Shown piece after piece: positions 50,737-63,420 of a stretch of 64,000 bases of DNA; the stretch's first letter is position 1; each line of letters opens with the position of its first letter. Made by a program: the position numbers and the translations under genes. The notes below the pieces were generated by a model. It was not told the origin of the DNA. It saw only the letters and a list, made by a program, of their open reading frames with translations, and did no database searches. Source of the stretch: Legionella sp. (GTDB lineage: Bacteria > Pseudomonadota > Gammaproteobacteria > Legionellales > Legionellaceae); contig PKDH01000036.1 of the NCBI GenBank assembly GCA_002863045.1, positions 3,630 through 67,629 of the forward strand. The letters run 5' to 3'.

Positions 50737-52125
50737 ATGTCAAACCTTTCAATTCGCTGCAGACAATCGATTATCTTTGCCTTTTTAATGGTATGTACTT
50801 CAAGCCTGTGGCCATACTCCCCTTACACAACCCGTGAATTAGATGAACTTGAAAAGGAATTTGTACAACAGATTAATCATTCTAGTAGTGTTATCAAAAA
50901 TCCACTTGCAGTTGAATATATCAATTATTTAGGTAAAAGACTTGCTCAATACGCTGAGATTTCGCCAGCACCACGTTTTTTTATCGTTAATTCAAATGAG
51001 ATCAATGCATTTGCCGGACCTGGTGGTTACATCGGCATCCACTCTAAATTAATTCTTGCTACCTCAAATGAACATGAGCTAGCAGCCGTTATGGCGCATG
51101 AAATTGCCCACGTAAGGCTGCATCATTTATATCGCTTTATTGAGCATCAAAAGCAAATGCGCATTCCTATGCTTGCTTCTTTATTAGCATCCATTGCCCT
51201 TGGGGTGATAAATCCCACACTTGCCAGTGGCGCTATGATGGCGTCACTTACAGGTTTTGCCCAAGATAACATTAATTTTACTCGGGCTAATGAAAAAGAG
51301 GCTGATAGAATTGGCATTGATATGCTGAAAAAAGCAGGCTTTAATCCAAAGGGTATGATAACTTTTTTTTATAAAATGCAACAAAATTCACGTTATTACT
51401 ATACCGCCAATATTCCTCAAATTTTACGCACTCACCCACTCGATGAAGATCGTATTGCTGAGGCTGAAAATCGATGTATGAATCTCCAGCATCAAAAATT
51501 TACAGAAGGGCGTGATTACTACTTTTTCAAAGAAATCATTAGAAATCACATGACATCTGAGCCTTCCTATCTAACTAATTACTATACTAAAACCTGCGGT
51601 AATCATCCTTCATGTCAATATGGTTTGGTGTTGACATTACTTAATACGCACCATTATCACGAAGCTCAATTAAAGTTAGCGCCGCTCATTTCTATGGATA
51701 AAACCAATCTTTTTTACCTTTTAGCCCTAGGGCAATCCCAAGTATATTTGAATGACCCCAAAGGTATCAGGCTTTTACAAGAGCTTTATAATAATTATCC
51801 AAATAATTATGCCTTAATACATGCTTATAGCGAGGCTCTCATGCAAACTAATCAACCACTTAAAGCAAGCTTTGTATTATTAAAAGGCACCAGACAATTT
51901 AAAGAAGATTTGGCGTTATGCCATCAATTAGCTTTTGCTCAAGCCCAAGCCAATCAAAGCGCTTATGCTTATTTAACCGAAGCAAAATGCCAAACTTTAG
52001 AAGGAAATTATAAAGACGCATTACATAAATTAAAACTAGTAAAATCACAAGCTAAACATGATGCTTATCTATTTGCACGCGCGAGTGCAATGATAAGCGA
52101 CATTAAATTTTTACTTAAGAAATAA
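50737..52125 (+). CDS. bepA: M48-family periplasmic metalloprotease with TPR region (BepA/YfgC-like)
   Basis: It has HEIAHV (HExxH), NEKEADRIG and a C-terminal TPR-like region. It is collinear with E. coli BepA as I recall it. Confidence 0.8.
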   Translation: MSNLSIRCRQSIIFAFLMVCTSSLWPYSPYTTRELDELEKEFVQQINHSSSVIKNPLAVEYINYLGKRLAQYAEISPAPRFFIVNSNEINAFAGPGGYIGIHSKLILATSNEHELAAVMAHEIAHVRLHHLYRFIEHQKQMRIPMLASLLASIALGVINPTLASGAMMASLTGFAQDNINFTRANEKEADRIGIDMLKKAGFNPKGMITFFYKMQQNSRYYYTANIPQILRTHPLDEDRIAEAENRCMNLQHQKFTEGRDYYFFKEIIRNHMTSEPSYLTNYYTKTCGNHPSCQYGLVLTLLNTHHYHEAQLKLAPLISMDKTNLFYLLALGQSQVYLNDPKGIRLLQELYNNYPNNYALIHAYSEALMQTNQPLKASFVLLKGTRQFKEDLALCHQLAFAQAQANQSAYAYLTEAKCQTLEGNYKDALHKLKLVKSQAKHDAYLFARASAMISDIKFLLKK

Positions 52126-52140
52126 TATTAAACATTACCA

Positions 52141-54411
52141 TTAATCCTTAAGCGAAATTATGCGCTCAAATGATGCCGATATACAAAGAGCAGGTACATT
52201 GTTTTTTATCTCCACTATCACTTTACCACCTTTTTTTAAGCGCCCGAATAAAAGCTCTTCGGCAAGTGGTTTTTTGATATGCTCTTGTATTAAGCGTGCC
52301 ATGGGACGAGCACCCATACTTACATCATATCCTTGCTCGATTAGCCAATCGCGCGCCTCATTACTTACACTAAAACTCACTCCTTTATTATTGAGTTGTT
52401 CATCAAGCTCAATAATAAATTTGTCAACTACAAGTCCTATGGTGGTTGGGTCTAACGTCGAGAAATTAATAATCGCATCTAAGCGATTACGAAATTCTGG
52501 ACTAAAACTTCGCTTAATGATTTCAAGCGCGTCTTGATGATGATTTTGAGTTGAGAAACCCATGCTATTTCGCGTGATTTCACTAGCGCCAGCATTGCTG
52601 GTCATCACTAAAATGATATGCCTAAAATCAGCTTTACGCCCGTTGGTATCAGTTAATGTACCATAATCCATAATTTGTAATAAAAGATTAAAAACATCAG
52701 GATGCGCCTTTTCAATCTCATCAAGCAATAATACGGCATAAGGTGTTTTGGTGACCGCTTCGGTTAGTAAACCACCTTGATCATAGCCCACATATCCAGG
52801 TGGCGCGCCAATTAACCTTGAAACGGTGTGTTTCTCCATATATTCCGACATATCAAATCGCATCAAATCAACCCCTAATACGTGAGCTAGTTGACGGGTG
52901 ACTTCTGTTTTACCAACCCCCGTAGGACCTACAAATAAAAAGCACCCTACTGGCTTTTCGGCGTTTCTTAGGCCTGAGCGTGACAATTTTATGGCTGATG
53001 CGAGTGCATTAATAGCGTTATCTTGACCATATACTAATAGCTTTAAATCACGTTCCAAATTTTTTAGCGTATCTTTATCGCGTGCTGATACTTTTTTCAG
53101 AGGGATACGTGCCATTTTAGCCACGATATTTTCAATTTCAGGCGCACCAATGATCTTTTTCCGTTTATTTAGAGGTAAAAGATTTTGATAAGCACCCGCT
53201 TCATCTACAACATCAATGGCTTTATCTGGTAGAAAACGATCATTAATATATTTAGCGGCTAACTCAGCAGCCGCTTTTAAAGCCGAAGAAGAATATTTTA
53301 AATTATGATGTTCTTCTAATTTATTTTTTAAGCCCTTTAATATCCCAATGGTTTCAGCAACTGAGGGTTCAGCAATATCAATTTTTTGAAAGCGGCGTGC
53401 CAAAGCACGATCTTTTTCAAAAATACCGCGATACTCTTGATAGGTGGTAGAACCCATACACTTCAACTCGCCATTAGCAAGCAATGGTTTAATTAAATTT
53501 GAGGCATCCATAACACCACCAGAGGCGGCTCCCGCACCTACAATGGTATGAATTTCATCAATAAATAATACGGCATTTTTTTGCTGCTCTAATTGTTTTA
53601 GTACCGCTTTTAATCTTTTTTCAAAATCCCCACGGTATTTGGTACCCGCCAAAAGTGCACCTAAATCAAGCGAATAAACCACACAATCTTCAATTGCTTC
53701 GGGTACTTGATGGTCGACAATACGTTTAGCCAACCCCTCAGCAATCGCTGTTTTACCAACCCCTGCTTCACCAACTAGTAATGGATTATTTTTACGCCGC
53801 CGACAAAGTACTTGTATAGAACGCTGAATTTCTTCTTCACGACCAATAAGGGGGTCGATTTTACCCAAACGCGCTCTTTTGTTTAAATTTAGGCAATAAT
53901 TCTCAAGAGGGGAATCATGGTTTTCATGTAATTTATTTTCATCATCAATTGCTGCGTCATTTGACTCGCTCGCATGATACTTGGTGACCCCATGAGAGAT
54001 ATAATTAATCACATCCAATCGAGTGATATTTTCTTTTCTTAAGAAGTAAACAGCTTGGCTTTCTTGTTCACTAAAAATAGCGGCTAGTACATTTGCTCCG
54101 GTGACCTCGGTTTTGCCCGCAGACTGCACATGAAATACTGCACGCTGCAATACACGCTGAAATCCAAGTGTTGGTTGGGTTTCACGATTGAGTTCATCAC
54201 TTGGAATTAATGGTGTGGTTTCATCAATAAACTCAGTTAAATCGTGCCTTAGCACATCTAAATTTGCCTCACATGCTTGCAATACACTGCCAGCTGATGG
54301 GTTATCTAATAAGGATAATAATAAATGCTCAACGGTCATAAATTCGTGACGCTTTTCTTTAGCCTCTTTAAAAGCGAGGTTTAAGGTGAATTCAAGTTCT
54401 TTGTTTAACAT
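52141..54411 (-). CDS. clpA: ATP-dependent Clp protease ATP-binding subunit ClpA
   Basis: [31 protein letters not shown], and two AAA+ modules ([16 protein letters not shown]). The start at 54411 is preceded by AAGGAGA. Confidence 0.96.
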   Translation of the reverse strand: MLNKELEFTLNLAFKEAKEKRHEFMTVEHLLLSLLDNPSAGSVLQACEANLDVLRHDLTEFIDETTPLIPSDELNRETQPTLGFQRVLQRAVFHVQSAGKTEVTGANVLAAIFSEQESQAVYFLRKENITRLDVINYISHGVTKYHASESNDAAIDDENKLHENHDSPLENYCLNLNKRARLGKIDPLIGREEEIQRSIQVLCRRRKNNPLLVGEAGVGKTAIAEGLAKRIVDHQVPEAIEDCVVYSLDLGALLAGTKYRGDFEKRLKAVLKQLEQQKNAVLFIDEIHTIVGAGAASGGVMDASNLIKPLLANGELKCMGSTTYQEYRGIFEKDRALARRFQKIDIAEPSVAETIGILKGLKNKLEEHHNLKYSSSALKAAAELAAKYINDRFLPDKAIDVVDEAGAYQNLLPLNKRKKIIGAPEIENIVAKMARIPLKKVSARDKDTLKNLERDLKLLVYGQDNAINALASAIKLSRSGLRNAEKPVGCFLFVGPTGVGKTEVTRQLAHVLGVDLMRFDMSEYMEKHTVSRLIGAPPGYVGYDQGGLLTEAVTKTPYAVLLLDEIEKAHPDVFNLLLQIMDYGTLTDTNGRKADFRHIILVMTSNAGASEITRNSMGFSTQNHHQDALEIIKRSFSPEFRNRLDAIINFSTLDPTTIGLVVDKFIIELDEQLNNKGVSFSVSNEARDWLIEQGYDVSMGARPMARLIQEHIKKPLAEELLFGRLKKGGKVIVEIKNNVPALCISASFERIISLKD

Positions 54412-54439
54412 GGTATTTCTCCTTTCCACCTACCTGTAG

Positions 54440-54763
54440 TTACACGGGTTGTATTGTACATAGCAGAGGGTAGTCATGTTCTCTTGCATAGTGATTCACT
54501 TGTGTCGACTTGGTTTCTGCTATATCTCGTGTATAAATACCAGCCACCCCTTTTCCTTTTGTGTGAACTTGATACATCACTTCAATCGCTTTTGCTTCAC
54601 TTAAATTAAAAAAGCGCTTAAGTACCCAAATCACAAACTCCATTGATGTGTAATCATCGTTTAATAGTATGACTTTATACTTTTTTGGTTGACTGACCCT
54701 GGCATGATTTGCGCTTATTATTTTTTTTAATGTGACATGATCGTGCAAAGGGAAATCATCCAT
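54440..54763 (-). CDS. clpS: ClpA adaptor protein ClpS
   Basis: YKVILLNDDYTSMEFVIWVL, in the position upstream of clpA. Confidence 0.93.
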   Translation of the reverse strand: MDDFPLHDHVTLKKIISANHARVSQPKKYKVILLNDDYTSMEFVIWVLKRFFNLSEAKAIEVMYQVHTKGKGVAGIYTRDIAETKSTQVNHYAREHDYPLLCTIQPV

Positions 54764-54885
54764 TTTGTTAACCCTTTATTATTTTTATAGACTTTCATAC
54801 AGCATTTAGCCAGTGAAAATATGTTTTAACTTGAACATTCTTGTAGTAGTAGAATAAAAAGCGTAAGAACATCGGCAGGTGAATG

Positions 54886-54911
54886 AAAGGTGCTTTGTTT
54901 AAAGCACCTTT
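54886..54911 (-). terminator. Hairpin AAAGGTGCTTT-gttt-AAAGCACCTTT 4 nt downstream of the icd stop codon
   Basis: Perfect 11-bp stem with a 4-nt loop and A/T runs on both sides. Confidence 0.65.
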
Positions 54912-54914
54912 TCT

Positions 54915-56171
54915 TTACATATTTTTTATCATAGCTTGACCAAATTCAGCACTGCTTAAACAGGTCGCATTTTGCATCATCCGCTCAAAATCATAGGTAA
55001 CGGTTTTAGCTTTGATGGTTGTAGCCATTGATTCAATAATTAAATCAGCTGCCTCAATCCACCCTAAATGACGTAGCATCATCTCAGCTGATAAAATTAA
55101 TGAACCAGGATTAACTTTATTTTTGCCAGCATATTTTGGTGCGGTACCATGGGTTGCTTCAAATACCGCGACTTTATCACCCATATTGGCGCCAGGCGCA
55201 ATACCGATACCGCCTACCTGAGCGGCAAGCGCATCTGATATATAATCACCGTTTAGGTTAAGTGTGGCAATAACGCTATAATCTTCAGGCCTTAGTAAGA
55301 TTTGCTGTAAAAAAGCATCTGCGATGGTATCTTTAATAATAATTTCCTGACCTGTTTTTGGATGATTTAATTTCATCCAAGGCCCACCTTCATATAAAGT
55401 CGCACCAAATACATCCGCCGCAACTGCATACCCCCAGTCTTTAAACGCACCTTCAGTAAACTTCATAATATTGCCTTTGTGAACGAGTGTTACTGATTCT
55501 CGCTCGTTATCAATAGCATATTGTATAGCCGCTTTGACCAAACGCTCCGTGCCTTCTTTGGATACCGGTTTGACACCTATACCGCAGTTATCTGGAAAGC
55601 GAATTTTCGTTACCTGCATTTTTTCTCTTAGAAAATTGATGACTTCATTTGCTTCACGCGAACCGGCTTGCCACTCGATGCCAGCATAAATATCTTCGGA
55701 GTTTTCACGAAAAATTACCATATCGGTTTTTTCAGGTGATCGAACAGGACTTGGCGTACCTGAGAAGTATTTAACAGGTCTTAAGCAAATATATAAATCC
55801 AATTGTTGGCGAATAGCGACATTAAGCGAACGAATACCGCCACCTACAGGCGTGGTTAATGGACCTTTTATTGCAACTGCAAATTGTTTAATCGCGCTAA
55901 GTGTTTCATCTGGTAACCATTCATCTTGGCCATAAAATTTGGTCGCTTTTTCACCAGCATAAATTTCCATCCAGCTTATTTTTTTCTTTCCTCCATAAGC
56001 TTTTTGAACCGCCGCATTAACAACCTCAATCATGGGGGGCGTGACATCAACGCCAATACCATCACCTTCAATAAAAGGAATGATAGGATTATCAGGAACC
56101 TCTAATGTAAAATCAGCATTGACTTGTATAGCCTTGCCTGTACTAGGTAGCGCAATTTTTTTATAATTCAT
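54915..56171 (-). CDS. icd: NADP-dependent isocitrate dehydrogenase
   Basis: 418 aa with [22 protein letters not shown] and [17 protein letters not shown]. Confidence 0.96.
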   Translation of the reverse strand: MNYKKIALPSTGKAIQVNADFTLEVPDNPIIPFIEGDGIGVDVTPPMIEVVNAAVQKAYGGKKKISWMEIYAGEKATKFYGQDEWLPDETLSAIKQFAVAIKGPLTTPVGGGIRSLNVAIRQQLDLYICLRPVKYFSGTPSPVRSPEKTDMVIFRENSEDIYAGIEWQAGSREANEVINFLREKMQVTKIRFPDNCGIGVKPVSKEGTERLVKAAIQYAIDNERESVTLVHKGNIMKFTEGAFKDWGYAVAADVFGATLYEGGPWMKLNHPKTGQEIIIKDTIADAFLQQILLRPEDYSVIATLNLNGDYISDALAAQVGGIGIAPGANMGDKVAVFEATHGTAPKYAGKNKVNPGSLILSAEMMLRHLGWIEAADLIIESMATTIKAKTVTYDFERMMQNATCLSSAEFGQAMIKNM

Positions 56172-56270
56172 ACTTTATCCTCTTAACCATAACTATAGAT
56201 AATGAACACAAATCATCATATCATGCTTCAATTTTGAGTCCCAGCTTCATGAATTTTATGATACTTTTTT

Positions 56271-56813
56271 ATGACATCCTTACTTTTATTTAACAAACCA
56301 TTTGGGGTTTTAACCCAATTTAGAAAAAATGATCCTAATGAGCGAACCCTTGCAGATTACATCGATAAACCAAACTTTTATCCTGCAGGCAGGCTTGATA
56401 AACATAGTGAAGGATTATTATTGCTTACGAATAATGGTCATCTGCAACAGCAATTAACGCATCCTAGACAAGGAAAATATAAGTATTATTGGGTTCAAGT
56501 AGAAGGCAAACCCTCTAAAGCCATGTTGCTTCCGCTTCAAAGAGGGTTAATTACCTCATCTAATCAATATCTTCCTGCTAAAGTTAGCATCATTGATGAA
56601 CCGCTTATTTGGGAGCGTTTTCCGCCTATTCGAAAACGGCAATCCATTCCAACTAGTTGGCTTGAAATAGGGCTTTGTGAAGGTAAAAATCATCAAATTC
56701 GTAAAATGACAGCCTTTATTGGTTTTCCAACCCTACGTTTAATACGTTTTAAAATTGATAGGTATGAATTAAAGAATCTGCAACCCGGGGAATATTGTTT
56801 GATATCTATTTAA
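56271..56813 (+). CDS. rluE: 23S rRNA pseudouridine synthase RluE
   Basis: It has LFNKPFGVLTQF, AGRLDKHSEGLLLLTNNG, and IPTSWLEIGLCEGKNHQIRKMTA. These are collinear with E. coli RluE as I recall it. Confidence 0.85.
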   Translation: MTSLLLFNKPFGVLTQFRKNDPNERTLADYIDKPNFYPAGRLDKHSEGLLLLTNNGHLQQQLTHPRQGKYKYYWVQVEGKPSKAMLLPLQRGLITSSNQYLPAKVSIIDEPLIWERFPPIRKRQSIPTSWLEIGLCEGKNHQIRKMTAFIGFPTLRLIRFKIDRYELKNLQPGEYCLISI

Positions 56814-57277
56814 TAGACAGGCATACGGGTAAGCCCGCGTGAAGCTAACAATTTAAGCCACGGCCAACATAACATACTTGTTGCCATGCTGCCTAATATA
56901 GCTATAAATGAAACATCAAAGCCCAAGAAAACATCAATTAACGTTAATATACCCTGGTACAACATGACAAAAAAACCAATTATGATCATTTGTTCGGTAA
57001 GCGTAAAAAAATAAAATCGTCGTGCTTTTTGCTGAGCAAGCCAAGTAACTAAAACAAGGGCAAGCACATGCTCGCCTATGGCTGTTACCAGCAAAACATC
57101 TAATATGATTCCTACTAAAACAATTAAAGTAAGCTTAAAATATTTGGGAATATAAAATTCAATATACAAACATAAAAGTAAAATCCAACAAGGCTTGATC
57201 ACGGTTAAAAAACTTGGCAGCTTTATAATTGTTAGCAAGCACATCACGATAAAAAACAAAAGTATTCGACCTAGCAT
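56810..57277 (-). CDS. mreD: Rod shape-determining protein MreD
   Basis: 155 aa polytopic membrane protein after mreC. Its stop overlaps the rluE stop by 4 nt (convergent). Confidence 0.85.
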   Translation of the reverse strand: MLGRILLFFIVMCLLTIIKLPSFLTVIKPCWILLLCLYIEFYIPKYFKLTLIVLVGIILDVLLVTAIGEHVLALVLVTWLAQQKARRFYFFTLTEQMIIIGFFVMLYQGILTLIDVFLGFDVSFIAILGSMATSMLCWPWLKLLASRGLTRMPVY

Positions 57278-57282
57278 AATAA

Positions 57283-59209
<1,927 letters not shown>

Positions 59210-59306
59210 CTACCTCGTCACTTCATGTGGGGTGTACTTTAGCGTATATTTGCTTAAAAATCGACAACCTTATAGAGAATTTTCACGTAAGCACATAGCT
59301 TACACA

Positions 59307-59348
59307 CACCTTTTTTATAACATGATGTAATATGCGATAAAAAAGGTG
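59307..59348 (-). terminator. Inverted repeat CACCTTTTTTAT-(18 nt)-ATAAAAAAGGTG just downstream of comEA
   Basis: Perfect 12-bp arms read from the sequence. The stem is AU-rich, so a terminator function is only plausible. Confidence 0.45.
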
Positions 59349-59364
59349 CCAGGCTATATTTAAG

Positions 59365-59688
59365 TTATTTTTTAATCGGTTCAGCGGTAAAGGTTTTTTG
59401 TAATTCTTGCCAGTGAGATTGTACAAATTTTTTACCTATACCAGGCACAAGAGCTAAATCACCTACTGAGGTAAAGGCACGATTGTGCTCACGATAATGA
59501 ATGATTGCCTGCGCGCGTTTTAAGCCAATACCTTTGACCGCATGCAGCAATGATGAACCACTGGCACTATTAAGATTAATAAGTGGTGGTGCGGGTTGCA
59601 TGTTAATTTTGGGAGAGACATCTGCAGCAAACAGCGATGTTGTGGCTGACATTAAAAATAAAATATAGGTAAAAACACGAATGGTCAT
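59365..59688 (-). CDS. comEA: ComEA-like helix-hairpin-helix DNA-binding protein (secreted)
   Basis: It has a signal peptide and tandem HhH motifs (INLNSAS...LHAVKGIGLKRAQAII...LALVPGIGKKF). Confidence 0.8.
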   Translation of the reverse strand: MTIRVFTYILFLMSATTSLFAADVSPKINMQPAPPLINLNSASGSSLLHAVKGIGLKRAQAIIHYREHNRAFTSVGDLALVPGIGKKFVQSHWQELQKTFTAEPIKK

Positions 59689-59715
59689 AATGATTTCCTT
59701 GTTGTTGGACTTGAG

Positions 59716-59743
59716 TTTTCCTTAATGCTCTCATTAAGGAAAA
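59716..59743 (-). terminator. Perfect hairpin TTTTCCTTAATG-ctct-CATTAAGGAAAA downstream of the APC permease gene
   Basis: 12-bp stem and 4-nt loop read from the sequence. It lies between the permease stop (59783) and the comEA start (59688). Confidence 0.55.
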
Positions 59744-59782
59744 GCGATTATGCCAACGTTTTTTATTTTTGTCGAGCCATGC

Positions 59783-61354
59783 TTAATTATTGGCTAAGCC
59801 TAATTTTTGTAGCGCATGATAGTAACCTTGCTCACTGATTAATACCCACTGTGAGGTATATAAAATTAATAAGCTAAAAGGAAAAATGGCTAGCAAATCA
59901 TAAGGGAATATCAGTGCTTTGATGCCACCAAATGAGCCAACATAAGAAAGTATCAGCATGCCTAACATATAAGCGCCAAACCAATACAAACTGGAATCAC
60001 AATTGATAAGGCTTCTCTTTTTATAAATACAACTGATTAGAAATCCTAGACCAAGCGCGATAATTAACTTGGATAAAATTTCAAAACCACACCAATAAAG
60101 CATTAAATTACAGATATAAAAAGCGGCATAACAAAAAAAACGACTGGCGACTAATTTGAAAGGACGTGCTTTACATGGTTGCATCTTACGCATAGCCAGC
60201 AAACAAATTGGACCAATGCCATAGGATAAAATACTGCAAGAAGATAAAAAAGCGACCATTTTCTGCCAACCTGGAAAAGGAAGAAAAGAAATTAAGCCCA
60301 CGATTAGATTTACTATTAAAGGAATATAGGGAATTTTATGACGATTTAGTTTCATAAACCATGCAGGTAAATGATGATTTGATGCCATACCATATAAAAT
60401 ACGTGAGGTAGCTGCTGTATAAATTAAAGTGGTTCCTAAAGGCGAAAAGGCTGCGTCAAACAACAATAAACCAGCAACTCCCCCTAAGCCTAGTAAAAGG
60501 GTTAAACCAACCAAAGGGCCGCTATCTCCAGGAAAAGCTAAATGAGCCCAACCATGCGCCAGATATTTAGCAGGAACTGCAACAATAAAGCTTAGCTGTA
60601 AAAGAAAATACATAACAAAACCAATAAGTACGGCACCTAGAATAGCAATTGGAATATTAACCTGCGGATTTTTTACCTCACCTGCTAACATCAAGCCATT
60701 TTGAAAACCGGTAAAAGCAAACGCAATACCGCCTGTTGAAAGAGCTGTAAAAATTTGCATCCAATCAAGTTTACCAGACACATGCAGCGACACATTTGAC
60801 CAAGAAGGTGCTGTGTAAAACAAGGCAAAAATAGCCATGCTTGGCACGCTTAATTTAATTAAACTTGCATATTTGTTACATTCAACCAACATCTTAACCC
60901 CAAAAGAATTAAGCACCACCACGCTAAACATGATAACAGTCGCGGCTATATAGCCTAAACCTGATAACTTAAAAACAGCAGCATCTTTGACAATAAGTGC
61001 TGGCCAAAAATGGCTGGAATATTGCAAAATAGCTTGAATTTCAATAGGGGTCATAACCACATAAGAAAGCCATGATACCCACGCAAATAAAAAACCCACA
61101 TCTTGGCCATGCGTAAAGCTTGGATAATTGGTCATACCACCTGAAATAGGAAACATCGCGCCCAATTCACATAGTGGCAGCGCAATAAAAAACATAAATA
61201 CGGCAATAAGTATCCAACTGATTAACGCATTGCTTCCAGCAATTTGCGCACTGATAAATGGGCTAAACAACCAACCTGATCCTATCATTCCACCTGCTGC
61301 GGCTATTAAAACATTAAGGCGCGTGATTTCACGTTTTAACATTTTATTCCCCAT
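59783..61354 (-). CDS. APC-superfamily amino acid permease
   Basis: 523 aa with 12 or more TM helices. The N-terminal pattern IAAAGGMIGSGWLFSP is typical of amino acid permeases. Confidence 0.85.
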   Translation of the reverse strand: MGNKMLKREITRLNVLIAAAGGMIGSGWLFSPFISAQIAGSNALISWILIAVFMFFIALPLCELGAMFPISGGMTNYPSFTHGQDVGFLFAWVSWLSYVVMTPIEIQAILQYSSHFWPALIVKDAAVFKLSGLGYIAATVIMFSVVVLNSFGVKMLVECNKYASLIKLSVPSMAIFALFYTAPSWSNVSLHVSGKLDWMQIFTALSTGGIAFAFTGFQNGLMLAGEVKNPQVNIPIAILGAVLIGFVMYFLLQLSFIVAVPAKYLAHGWAHLAFPGDSGPLVGLTLLLGLGGVAGLLLFDAAFSPLGTTLIYTAATSRILYGMASNHHLPAWFMKLNRHKIPYIPLIVNLIVGLISFLPFPGWQKMVAFLSSCSILSYGIGPICLLAMRKMQPCKARPFKLVASRFFCYAAFYICNLMLYWCGFEILSKLIIALGLGFLISCIYKKRSLINCDSSLYWFGAYMLGMLILSYVGSFGGIKALIFPYDLLAIFPFSLLILYTSQWVLISEQGYYHALQKLGLANN

Positions 61355-61483
61355 GGCTATTTTTGTTTGCAGATCATTGACTTAGGAGTCAACAGATAGA
61401 GTCATTTTTAATTAAATTGATGGATAAAGTGCATAAAAATTATCTACTCCAAGCGTACGAAACAACCTACCCTGCTTTTCAAT

Positions 61484-62569
61484 TTAGACAACTTTTTTAG
61501 AACTCGCAACTGCTTGCTTAAGCAGTTTTATGATATTAACCGTAGCTGAATGAATACCAAGTGTTTGAATTTTTTCAATAATGGAATTTTTATTAGCAAA
61601 AACTGCCTTAATAGCAGTGCAAAGTGTGGTGTTATCCAATCTATTATCGTCTATCACATAGCTTATATCCTGCGCGGCAAAGTAAGATGCATTTTGAATT
61701 TGATCCCCGCGACTTGATTCGCGTGAAAGGGGGATAAGAATATGTGGTTTTTGTAGTGCTAATATCTCATACAAAGTATTCGCACCTGCCCGGGAAATAA
61801 CCAGATCACTGGCAGCAAATAAGTGGGCTAATTCTTGCTCGACAAAAGCAAATTGCTTATAGCCTTGAGATGAGCAAGTCTCATCAAGCTTGCCTTTACC
61901 ACAGATATGTATGACTTGATAATTATTCAATAACTGGGGCAAAGCTTGCCTTATGGCTGTGTTAATTGATTGTGCGCCTTGACTTCCACCTATGACTAAA
62001 ATACAAGGTTTATCAGCCCTAAAGTTACAAATATTCAAACCCCTCTCGCGTGAGCCTTGAAATAAATTTTCGCGAATGGGTGTGCCTGTCACTTTAATTT
62101 TTTTTTGGTAGCGCATTGATCGTTTAGCTAACTTAAATGTTACACAAAGCGTATCAACAAAAGGAAAGCTCATTTGATTGGCTAATCCTGGCGTTAAGTC
62201 TGATTCGTGTGCCATGATGGGCAGGCGATTAAGCCAAGCTGCGACAACAACCGGGAACGAAACAAATCCTCCTTTGGAAAACACCATATCAGCGTTTAAT
62301 TTTTTTAACAGAAAATAAGCTTGCCAAATGCCTTTAATGACCAGAAAAGGCGTTAAAACATTTTGAAGGCTTAAATGACGGCGTAGCTTACCAGAGCTTA
62401 TGACATGAAAAGGTATGGCCATAGAACCTATCATATATTGCTCTATACTGTTGGCTGAACCAATATATTCAACAGACCAGTTCTCTTGCTTCAACGCTTC
62501 GATTAAAGCAATATTAGGCGTAACGTGCCCAGCTGTCCCGCCACCAGTAAATACAATTTTTATAGTCAT
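61484..62569 (-). CDS. murG: MurG-family GT28 glycosyltransferase (lipid I -> lipid II GlcNAc transferase type), Firmicutes-like sequence
   Basis: It has FTGGGTAGHVTPNIAL, GKLRRHLSLQN, FSKGGFVSFPVVVAA, HESDLTPGLAN and GGSQGAQSIN. It is not located in a dcw (mur/fts) cluster. Confidence 0.8.
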   Translation of the reverse strand: MTIKIVFTGGGTAGHVTPNIALIEALKQENWSVEYIGSANSIEQYMIGSMAIPFHVISSGKLRRHLSLQNVLTPFLVIKGIWQAYFLLKKLNADMVFSKGGFVSFPVVVAAWLNRLPIMAHESDLTPGLANQMSFPFVDTLCVTFKLAKRSMRYQKKIKVTGTPIRENLFQGSRERGLNICNFRADKPCILVIGGSQGAQSINTAIRQALPQLLNNYQVIHICGKGKLDETCSSQGYKQFAFVEQELAHLFAASDLVISRAGANTLYEILALQKPHILIPLSRESSRGDQIQNASYFAAQDISYVIDDNRLDNTTLCTAIKAVFANKNSIIEKIQTLGIHSATVNIIKLLKQAVASSKKVV

Positions 62570-63412
62570 TTAATGTGCCTCATCGAATAATAAACTTAAA
62601 TCGATGGCCTGAATGGATTTGGTCAATGCACCAATAGAAATCCAGGATACACCTGTTTGGGCAATGGTTTTAACCTGGTTTAAATTAACCCCACCTGAAG
62701 CCTCTAGCTCTATCTTAAAGGGTTTAGCAAGTTTTACAGCTTCAATGAGTAACTGCGGTGAGAAGTTATCCAACAAAATTCTATCAGGGGTGGCTTTTAG
62801 TGCTTCTTGTAACTCAGAAAGTGTTTCAACTTCAACTTCAAGCAAAACATCTGGCCTGGTTTGGCGTGCATAGTGAATGGCTTTTGTCAGCGAACCACAC
62901 GCTTTGATATGATTTTCTTTGATTAAAAAAGCATCATAAAGCCCTAAACGATGATTAAAACCACCACCACAAGTTACTGCATATTTTTGAGCATATCGCA
63001 AGCCTGGTAATGTTTTGCGAGTATCTAGAATACGACATGAGGTGTTTTTTACTGCTGCAACATATTCTGCGGTTTTGGTTGCCGTGGCGGAAAGCGTTTG
63101 GAGAAAATTAAGCGCTGTGCGCTCAGCGGTAAGAATATCACGTGCCTGTCCTTTAATTTGGCAAAGCGTTTGTGGTGTATCTAAATGGTCGCCATCTTGC
63201 ACCTGCCAATCAAGGTGAATGGCCGGATTGATACTATGAAATACTTGATTCACCCAGGGTATGCCGCACACAACCATGGGTTCGCGTGATAAAATATGGG
63301 CCTTAACCTCAAGCGTTTCTGGCAGCAAACGTGCGGTGATATCACCGCTGCCAATATCTTCAACCAGCGCACGCTGAACCTCAGCTAGCATATGTTGTTC
63401 GTTTATACTCAT
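62570..63412 (-). CDS. nadC: Nicotinate-nucleotide pyrophosphorylase (quinolinate phosphoribosyltransferase)
   Basis: It has ERTALNFLQTLS, DTRKTLPGLR and FLIKENHI. The start is set at the ATG at 63412, which removes the overlap with ppsA; the track ORF starts at 63460. Confidence 0.93.
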   Translation of the reverse strand: MSINEQHMLAEVQRALVEDIGSGDITARLLPETLEVKAHILSREPMVVCGIPWVNQVFHSINPAIHLDWQVQDGDHLDTPQTLCQIKGQARDILTAERTALNFLQTLSATATKTAEYVAAVKNTSCRILDTRKTLPGLRYAQKYAVTCGGGFNHRLGLYDAFLIKENHIKACGSLTKAIHYARQTRPDVLLEVEVETLSELQEALKATPDRILLDNFSPQLLIEAVKLAKPFKIELEASGGVNLNQVKTIAQTGVSWISIGALTKSIQAIDLSLLFDEAH

Positions 63413-63420
63413 CTTCTTAC

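Noticed and set aside
50634-50837. 67-aa plus-strand ORF upstream of and overlapping the bepA-like gene.
   Set aside because: It overlaps the bepA signal-peptide region in another frame and covers the ribD/bepA divergent promoter. It has no SD and no recognisable features.
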